Below, in pieces: positions 55,656-64,000 of a stretch of 64,000 nt of DNA; within the stretch, counting starts at the first letter, position 1; each line of letters begins with the position of its first letter. The DNA comes from Rhodosorus marinus CCMP1338 (taxonomy: Eukaryota; Plantae; Rhodophyta): positions 186,001 through 250,000 of the forward strand of contig JAMWBK010000008.1 in assembly GCA_029953675.1 (NCBI GenBank), read 5' to 3'. A program made the position numbers and the translations under genes. Below the pieces are notes generated by a model. That model had not been told where the DNA came from. It searched no databases and was given only the letters and a program-made list of their open reading frames with translations.

Positions 55656-56859
55656 TTTTCCCTATAACCAGGAGACGATAACTTCGCGCCTTCTTACAAA
55701 TTTCGATGTCAAGTTCTCTCCTCGCAGTTCAGCTTTGCAGCTCTTGTTGCGAAACTCTGCAAGCACACCAGCCGAGGGGGGACAAGCTCAGACTCGATCC
55801 ATATATATCTAATGATCTTGCTGTTTAGTTACGTTCTCCAACCCTGCTAATGTCGAATGAATAGATGATATCCACCGAGGCGCAATTGTGCGCAGTTTTC
55901 TGCTTTTTTAGACTTTTTTGCTTCTTGTATTCCACCCCTCCAACTGGCAGTGCAGACCCGCTTTTGGTCCAATGATGTCAGCGTTGCGCAGCGTCCGGCA
56001 AACAGGTGTAATACGGTTTTATACTTATATTGTCCACACTGCTTACCCTCCACGTGGGAATTCGGCCAAAAACGGTTTCCAAAATAGTAGCGTCGTCTTT
56101 CCGTCCATAAAAACGTCCAATAAAAACGTCCAATAGTGTCCGATAAATATTGGACTGTCCGATAGAAGCTTGTCAAACCTGAAATAACGTAATAATCAAA
56201 AGGCTTGACTTCCAACTCGCGTCCGATACAAGTTTATCGGATCTGAATAAAACCTAAAAGCACACAGCTCGCCCGATGACCCGCCGAGAACGACCGATTG
56301 GTGTCCGATATTCTTCAATCAACGACAATGTTGATTGAAATTCAATCTTCTTCTTTTGGGACGTTGACAAAGACATCTTGGCTGACAGTGTACTGAACAG
56401 TCATTCCCCTTGCTAATTGAGCATTCTGAAAGCCCATTAGATGCATGACAGTCTGTGGATCTCAGAAGCAATCCTCATTCAACAAATAGGAGTTCCAGCT
56501 TGACATAAACGGGAAAGAAATCATTATGATTCAATATGTGCACTGAGGTTGTTTGATTGAATAGCCTGGGTCCGCTTTACCGAACCGATTATTGGTCCGG
56601 ATTCGGACCTGCAATCAGACGCCTTTGAAATATTTCAAGCCGACACATGTTCTTCAATAGAGTCAAGTAACCCAGACTATTATCTATCCAGCAAAATTTA
56701 TCAGACCGGTTTAGGACATCATGCAAATAACAAAAATGGCAAGTAGAAACAATAAACAAAAATGGAGAATGCCGTGGTGTCCAATAATAGAAAAACATTA
56801 CCTACATCGGAAAAAGCATACTTTCTAAGTTTTTCTGGTAGAGCGCTTTTCTTCACTTC

Positions 56860-57110
56860 GGGGTGGGTTTTTTCTGTCGGAGATTAAGCAAATTCTTTTC
56901 TCTGTATTGCAATATACATCTCCAAAATGAATACTAAACGGCCCTATCAGAACCGAAAGATACCGAACGGCTCGAAAAGGTACGCTTTCCACAATGAAGG
57001 GCTGGAATCTGTGAGAACGGCAGCCGGCCCGGGGCAGAATGGCCGTGCTCTCGCTATACCGTCGTTCCTTCAGTAGGCGAAGTACAGAAGCTGCTGCCCC
57101 CCAGCGGAGA
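56860..57110. mobile_element. Old C 3'-end and B-like RLE remnants
   Basis: LKERRYSESTA..RSHRFQPFIVES on the minus strand. GGGTTTTTTCTGTCGGAGATTAAGC resembles the C tail. Confidence 0.6.
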
Positions 57111-58183
57111 TTAGAGTCGTCGTATGAAATCAACCTAATGATTTGCCCTTCTAGACTCAAGCAAAAAACCCTTCATGATATTAACTGAGTTCACGTGGAC
57201 ATTCATTGCAAAAGGGGGTGTGGGCATATTCGAATCTTATTTTGTACTCTCGTGAATTTTACACTTTTTGGTAAGAAATATAGTGTGGGTCTAGCTTCGA
57301 AATGGTGAAGTGGACCTTAGGTTTGCTCCCTAAAACCTAGTAGGTGGTTTTCTTTATTGTCCCCTGTCTTGCGAGCCCACTATTTGGGCTTATGTAGTCG
57401 CATATGCGCTCAATCAACCAATCTACTTTCTATTTTGGATACGGGTAGCGTCGACGCGGTCGTATACCTTATGGAGTCTACGACACTCTCTATCGATCGT
57501 ATACTATTGCCCCATCGGCTATACTATGACTTCCACGTTATGCCAAGTGTGCCTGTTAAAGCGTACTCTCCAACATTTTTTACATAATGAACACCCCCTA
57601 TATCTAAGGCCAATTGAATCTGGAATACTCCTTTTATCCATCGACGTGGACCATAATATTCCCAAAGCCTGCTCAGAAGCGACCCGAAAGGACATGTCCT
57701 CTCCGTAGATCTATAAATGTTTAGCTTTTGTCCTTTCACTATGAAAATAGCCCGCAATTGACTAAGCAATCCGACCGATGCAGATTTGAAACAATCCGTC
57801 CATACTGTCTTCAGATTTTTTTCAAAAGCGGGAGTGCCGCACCTTTCGCATTCAGAGGAGCATTCCATAGAATCCTTAGGTAGCACATCGGCTACAGGGC
57901 TACACTTTGATCTGGTCAGTTAGTAGTTGGCTTTTGATATTATTTGGGCTGGGGTCGTCGGAATTTACTTTGAGATTGGCAATATATTCTGAGGCCGGTT
58001 TTGGTGTTTGTGTTTTTCCGATCAGTATGTTTTTGCGATCGTAAGCCTTGATGATAAGTACTAATAAATATTTACTATATAACGAGTTCTGCAACGGCAG
58101 TAATAACCTAGACTCGCTATTGCGAAAAAGACGAGCCTAGTCCAATCCTCAACTAACAAAAAACATGTGAACAACACAAATGA

Positions 58184-61100
58184 CTATGCCGTGATGAGAT
58201 CAATCTCGTCTCGATCTACACGATCAACAGCTTTCGCGCCATTCGGCCGTAGATCAGCTCGTACCTGGTACGAGAAGTCAGTGCGCAGCCCGCTGTAATC
58301 GAAGGTGAACACATGTGCCCCTTGGCCTGCTTCAACAACCTTCCTGACGGAATCCACGTACTGCTTAGTACTCAAGTTGCGCAGTATGACTCTCACATCT
58401 CGCGAGGTCGTTGCTGACCACCACACCAGCACGTTGAGCGGTCCTTCAGTGGGCAAAGTTGAGGATGTCGAAAGAACTCTAACTGATTCAAATGTGCCAA
58501 CAGTGACCTCCTCAATAGTGGAAGCAAGGACGGCATTAGAGCCCGAGCCCCCGGACCACAACTCTAAGACCAGTTCGAAAAGTTCCCCTGCTGGTTCAAG
58601 TCCATCGTAGTCGAGTGGACCGACGACAACCGCTCCCTCGGCTTCAGAAAGGTCCGCGCGGGCTTCTGCGATCAGGCCACCAGTCAGCTGGTGAACTAAC
58701 TTGAAAGCTATCTGCGCCCCAGTCTCGCCACCGAAGTACTGCGCGGTTGTGAATATCGGTCCGGACTCTGCAATGAACTCTGGCGGGTCCTCAAATGCAA
58801 CAACTGCCGCAACTGCACCACGCGCATAAAACAAATCCTTATCCAGGCGCGAGGAATAAGCTCCATCAGCGAGTCTGAGGTCCACACGAAGTTGATATTC
58901 TCGTCCCTCGAAACGATCAGCCCGACCCACAAAAGAGAAAGTCCCTCGGGTCGCCGCTGCATGCACGGCAAAGCGCCTCGTCTCAAGCACCACCTTCGCA
59001 AAATTGTCGTAAAGCCGCATCACAATGTCTCTGTCTTGCGTAGCCTCGTACTCTACACCAACGTCAATGGAGCCAGAGAGAGGTATTATAGCCGACTTCG
59101 ACATGATTTCAACGCGATCAACTCCAGTTTCTTCCACATCCGCTTCGAAAATTGCTACCAAGGTCTCGTCGCTATTTGATGCAACAAAATTCTGAACCCG
59201 AGACCCACCGTTTGTCCACCGCTGAAAACTATACCCGCTATTACCAATCTGCACGTATTCAGGAGCGAATAACTGTACCTCGGAGCCGATCACTACGGCT
59301 AGAGTCGCCGGGGTTGTCATTCTGTGTCCGGAGAGGACGACATCAACACCCTGCGGTGCACTGTCAAGAGTGTAGCTAACCTTCCTTGTCTCTACAGCCC
59401 TTGTCAACTCTAGAGATTCTCCAGAATGCGAAACCAAGAGGTAGATTTCATAGTAGAATCGACCATCGTGAGTTGGTGCAATAAATGATCCGGAACTCAC
59501 ACCGACAACCTCGAAAGCAGCGTGAGAATGACACTGCAGAGGTACGTCGTACGTGCAATGCAAAATGTTCACTTGCCAGTTGAAAGCGCCATCGTCAATG
59601 ATGCCACCACTGTCGATCAAGTGAGCACTTCCACGGAAATAAACACGCTCTCCGACTGCTGCTTCGGTTCCAAGTTCAGGAACGAGAATCTCCGCCGCAA
59701 TATTCGCTGGATTCTCCATAGTCTTGAAGCTGAACGTATGGTCTGCTGATAGCGGGTTTCCACTAACGTCGGTGTTTATCCCCGGCGTTCCCCCCACAAC
59801 GGTAACAAGATAGAGCCCAGAGTATGCCAGCGGTGCCTCGAATCTGATTTCCCGCGTGCTAGCAAAGTAACTCACAAAGCTAAGCTCCAATGAATCCTCA
59901 AAGGGCACCAGAATTTCATCGACGAGAATGGCGGGCTCAACTTTCACTGAGCTTGCAGAAATCGAAAGTGGATCCATGCCCTCATTAAACCTTACTTTGA
60001 CACGAGCACTGGGGTCAAATTCTCCTTCGCTACCGTCATCTGGAATCACCTTAATAACAACTGGGGGCACATCGTCCGCTTCTCCCAGCGTTGAGAAGGC
60101 GAAGGTCAGGTCACTTGGTAGAACGTTGCGGTCAAGATCTAGAACGCCTTCCCCGCCTCCCTTGATGTGAACCACAAACGTCTGCCCAAGAGGCAAGTCT
60201 TCATCAGGAATTATCTCAAAACTTCTGGATCCGAAGTCAAAGACAACTGTGCTCGCAACCAGTACACCAGATGCGGATGCGGTCAAGTAGACAGAATTCT
60301 CATTAACTGTATCCGGCTCCATGCTCTTACTGAACGTCCCAACTACTTTAAGATCCTCCGAGCTCACCGCAGAGTCTGCCGCTGGATCCAACTCAGCAAT
60401 TTGCACTGGCGAGAGGTTGGCCTCGTAAGTGACCCTAAAGAGTTTCCCTTGCCTGCGTACGTCATTGTAGTAAAGAGCAGCACTATCAGGTCCCGCTCGC
60501 ACCTGAACAGCGGACGCTCCCACGTTCCACCATTCATTCAGATGCTCAACGACATTGTCGTTCTCGTCCAACCGCATAAAACCCAAAATCTTCCGGGCCT
60601 GGTCTGAATAAGTTAAGACATCTCGATAGCGCGGAGGAAACGACGCAATCTGCACTCGTTCGCCCGTAATAGCAGCGCTGTTGCCACCGTTAACATGGTA
60701 CCAGTACGCCGCAGGCTCCGTGTGAACTTTCGATGTTCCAAAGCCCGCGCACTCATCGCTATCATCCCAGTACCCCGTCGGAAGGGTTCCCTCGAAACAA
60801 GGCCATCCAAAGTTTGAGCCCTTGCGCCCAATACTGACCTCCTCCATGCTCTCCCATTGTGTATCCGCCATATAGAATCTATCGTTGCTGTACAGGCTGG
60901 GATGGACGTGCAGTGGATTGCGAGCACCCGTTGCAAACACCTTCGATTGCCGATGGGTGGGGTCTCCATCGTAGTAGGGGTTCGAATCCAACCCATAACC
61001 AAGGGTTGAGTCTTCCGTCGACACCTTCAGCACCTTTCCGTTCAAGGTTGACAGCTGCTGAGAACGTAAAACCTCATCGACGATCCACGCGATAGTCCCG

Positions 61101-62272
61101 TCGCCAGTTGCAATGTACAGATTCCCTTCAAAATCGAAGCCAAGGCCGCCCCCGACGTGCGACTTGTTGTCCACAGCGATACAGTCTGCCTCAGGGTCCG
61201 TGAGCTCTGCACCTCCGCATCCGAAGCCGGATTCTGATCCCACGATTGTTTCCCTGCTATCAACGAGCTCTTGAGTACCTCCGCTTCCAATTTCGACACG
61301 CATTGCTCTGCTTGTACGTGGCAGCTGGTAATCCTCCGGCGCCAAAGAATGATCATATACAATAAAAAAATACACATACGGGTTGACCTCGTAGTCCTGT
61401 CGGATTGCTATAGACATTAAGCCATGGTCGTGGTAGTCATTGGCGATTGCGCGTAAGTCCATGAAAAGAGTTGATACCGAACGTCCATCTTCATCAAGCC
61501 GAACAACTCTCCCATCATTTTGCGCGATTATTGTATGACCAGTGGGGAGAAACAGAAAGTCTACTGGCCTGTAGATGTAGCTACGGGAAACCTCTTCGAC
61601 CATGAAACCCGTCGGGAGATTGTCTATGACGCTGAACGAAAGTCGGCTGCTGGTATTTCTGATTCTTGTCCTTTTCAGCCCCTCGCTTGCCGACACGGAA
61701 TACTCCTCCTTGATAGTAGTCCATTCGTCACTGTCGTCAAAAGACGACACATGGACATAGCATCCATCAGCTCTTGTTCTCAGATTCGCTCTTACTTCCT
61801 CGCGGACGGAGGCGTCCAACTGCGCAAGCTTCCGCTCAGACAGCAACGAGCTACGAACAGCACTACGAGGAAAATCATAGCCGGCTAAGCCCGACTGGAT
61901 CATTGCAGACGCAATGATCTCGAGTTCTGGAGATATCAACGCAACTTCCTCTCCTTCGCTAGCATCGTTGTCTCCCGTCAATTGCACAGTCGCAACGAAG
62001 GGCGTGAATCTTTTCAACAATTGCGATAACTTCAAACGAGCCGCATGGCCGCATGGATGATTCCGCTCCACAGTCCGCCACCCACTAAGTCGAATCAAGT
62101 CCCTCTGAGTTTCATTTCCGGCCCTGAAGCAGCTTGTAACTCGCATTCCATCGTAAGCACAGAAGCTATCGTCAAGGGTTACTAGCTTGTGAGCAGGCGT
62201 TGCTACGACGTACTGCATGAGGTATGTAACACACAAGATACACAAAAGTCCCTGGCCTACGAAATTGGCCAT
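58184..62272 (-). CDS. Secreted multidomain PQQ/GSDH-type dehydrogenase with Ig-like (Big_5/PKD-like) and C-terminal beta repeats, 1362 aa
   Basis: Signal peptide. GSDH motifs DHGLMSIA, HVGGGLGF..GNLYIATGDG, NGKVL, GARNP, NFGWPCFEG. Two P.V....P..G......V.V.F...MDP units. Intronless. Confidence 0.88.
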   Translation of the reverse strand: MANFVGQGLLCILCVTYLMQYVVATPAHKLVTLDDSFCAYDGMRVTSCFRAGNETQRDLIRLSGWRTVERNHPCGHAARLKLSQLLKRFTPFVATVQLTGDNDASEGEEVALISPELEIIASAMIQSGLAGYDFPRSAVRSSLLSERKLAQLDASVREEVRANLRTRADGCYVHVSSFDDSDEWTTIKEEYSVSASEGLKRTRIRNTSSRLSFSVIDNLPTGFMVEEVSRSYIYRPVDFLFLPTGHTIIAQNDGRVVRLDEDGRSVSTLFMDLRAIANDYHDHGLMSIAIRQDYEVNPYVYFFIVYDHSLAPEDYQLPRTSRAMRVEIGSGGTQELVDSRETIVGSESGFGCGGAELTDPEADCIAVDNKSHVGGGLGFDFEGNLYIATGDGTIAWIVDEVLRSQQLSTLNGKVLKVSTEDSTLGYGLDSNPYYDGDPTHRQSKVFATGARNPLHVHPSLYSNDRFYMADTQWESMEEVSIGRKGSNFGWPCFEGTLPTGYWDDSDECAGFGTSKVHTEPAAYWYHVNGGNSAAITGERVQIASFPPRYRDVLTYSDQARKILGFMRLDENDNVVEHLNEWWNVGASAVQVRAGPDSAALYYNDVRRQGKLFRVTYEANLSPVQIAELDPAADSAVSSEDLKVVGTFSKSMEPDTVNENSVYLTASASGVLVASTVVFDFGSRSFEIIPDEDLPLGQTFVVHIKGGGEGVLDLDRNVLPSDLTFAFSTLGEADDVPPVVIKVIPDDGSEGEFDPSARVKVRFNEGMDPLSISASSVKVEPAILVDEILVPFEDSLELSFVSYFASTREIRFEAPLAYSGLYLVTVVGGTPGINTDVSGNPLSADHTFSFKTMENPANIAAEILVPELGTEAAVGERVYFRGSAHLIDSGGIIDDGAFNWQVNILHCTYDVPLQCHSHAAFEVVGVSSGSFIAPTHDGRFYYEIYLLVSHSGESLELTRAVETRKVSYTLDSAPQGVDVVLSGHRMTTPATLAVVIGSEVQLFAPEYVQIGNSGYSFQRWTNGGSRVQNFVASNSDETLVAIFEADVEETGVDRVEIMSKSAIIPLSGSIDVGVEYEATQDRDIVMRLYDNFAKVVLETRRFAVHAAATRGTFSFVGRADRFEGREYQLRVDLRLADGAYSSRLDKDLFYARGAVAAVVAFEDPPEFIAESGPIFTTAQYFGGETGAQIAFKLVHQLTGGLIAEARADLSEAEGAVVVGPLDYDGLEPAGELFELVLELWSGGSGSNAVLASTIEEVTVGTFESVRVLSTSSTLPTEGPLNVLVWWSATTSRDVRVILRNLSTKQYVDSVRKVVEAGQGAHVFTFDYSGLRTDFSYQVRADLRPNGAKAVDRVDRDEIDLITA

Positions 62273-64000
62273 TGTAGTAACCCTAAATCAACCAAAATAA
62301 GCCCTCTGTCAATCCTCAGGTCTCAGCACGCCAACAACCATCCTCCTCCGTCGCCAGTCGAGGTAAAAAAGGTTGAACGGGAAATTCCACGTCTGTTGCA
62401 GTCCTCATCCTTCTTCGGGTACATTCCTCCATTCTTATCCAACCCTGTATTTGCAAAAAGTGGATCGTGCTGAAAAGGCAGCTCGCCGACAACCTGCAAA
62501 CCGGTCGGAATCTTTGCTTTCCAGGCGACGGCTGCCAAAATGGCACCCCAAAAAAAATCTTTCAGGAAAAATGGAAGCAAATCGTCAGTGCTTAAAAATC
62601 GACCAGCAAGGACTTCCCGCACTCAAAAATCCTGCTCAATGGCGAAACTAACCAGTCAAAAAAAGCTCACTTAACCGAAATCTGATATTTTATTGCGAAA
62701 CGAGAAATGGCGGGCAGGCAAAAGTCGAAGATTTTGTGCAATGCGGGGCTTGTCAGGAAATCTATCAATGTGTCCATTGATGATTGACTCAATTGACTGT
62801 TCAAGGTTGGGTGCACGAGTACAAGTCCACTCATCACCAAACTTAATGGACAGCTTGTCCTCTAGAAGCCTCACGTGGTTTTGTACGCGGATCTCCACGC
62901 AGATCTGAACACTTCCCATGCTGAACTAGGCCCCCAACTGGATCTTGCTTAGGAGCGATGAGGCTAGGCAACACCAGGCACTCTACATAAACTCCAAAGT
63001 CGCTGGTTTGCACTGGGGAAGTTGGAAATAAAGCGAGAAAAGTTATCGGTTTGGGCCACATGAGTAAGCAGATCAACATTCAAAAAATGTATCTATTGCG
63101 TTTTTTTCCCCTTGTGTCTATTTTTGATAACTTACCTTGGGCCAAAAAACTTTTTAAAAACAGAAAGTGCCTGCTTACTCCACAGCCCAGGCCCATATAG
63201 TACAAGTACTATTTGTACAACTGGGGTCTGGTCCCCCCTTGTCGTTCTCGTTTCTTTTTCTATCCGATCAGGTGACAACCTACATCCAGGAGTTACGTAC
63301 TTGCCCCACACCCAGGCTACGCTGATAAATTTCTGAATTCAGCATTTATTTTGCGAGGGTTTTGCCAGGATATTGCCGCGATTTTTCGGGCAGGTCGCAC
63401 TTTGCATTTTTTTGCCAATTGGCGGGGTTAGTCCGGGACCCCTTTTTTAGGGGTTTTTTGTGGTCCTGTTGGTTAATTTGTTTGATAAGAAAAGCTCCCT
63501 TTTTTGCCCCATCCGTAAGTTTTTATAAAAACAAACGCGAGGGATGAAAAACCAATGGAATGTGGAAAACCAACACATTAACGAGTTTCTATCGAGTTTT
63601 AAAACAATTGGTGAACCGTCAACAACAACCGACCCCACTTCGAGGATTCGAATGGTTCCTATTGTAGTTTTCTTTTTTTACATAACACACCGGTCCGAAA
63701 ATCGGGAAAAAAAGGGTGTTAGAATAAACACGCTCCTCGTCCCAAATATTACCCGGGCCCAGGGGGTAGCAGAAATCCACTTTCTGTGGCCAGACCACTC
63801 CAAACGGCAGAAAAAATCCACATGTCTGCACATATATTGATTGAATACAGCAAGCGTCATAATATTGACTGAACATCAATCCACGCGGTTCTTCGGTTCT
63901 TCGGTTTTTGGGGTTGAAACAATTTGCTCCGCACGCAGAGAAGGATATCGATCATCCTGTGTTTCCCTCAGTTAAATTTTCAGTGGAATTAGGAACTCCT

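Noticed and set aside
62300-64000. Short ORFs and AT-rich motifs at the window end
   Set aside because: No recognisable domains, terminal repeats or RNA genes.

Overview
Eukaryotic, intron-poor window, about two thirds retrotransposon DNA. The host taxon cannot be fixed from sequence alone; a small algal or protist genome is plausible. Host genes: a truncated and an intact secreted PQQ/GSDH-type beta-propeller dehydrogenase (the intact one with a bacterial-style multidomain tail), two divergent paralogous secreted Cys-rich proteins, a secreted RTX Ca-binding repeat protein, a BBE-like FAD oxidase and an AAAP amino-acid permease. Mobile DNA: one decayed Ty1/copia element (LTRs, 5-bp TSD, half-tRNA PBS) and three families (my labels A, B, C) of non-LTR retrotransposons with RT plus a restriction-like endonuclease (CRE-clade-like). 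One B copy is fully intact. Strongest signal: family A ends repeatedly abut a 16-bp telomere-like unit (GGGGTTACGTTAGTCT), cut after GTAACC on the C-rich strand. This suggests targeting of an unusual telomere repeat, or of the element's own 5' repeat. Coordinates were counted by eye; ends of degenerate fragments are approximate.
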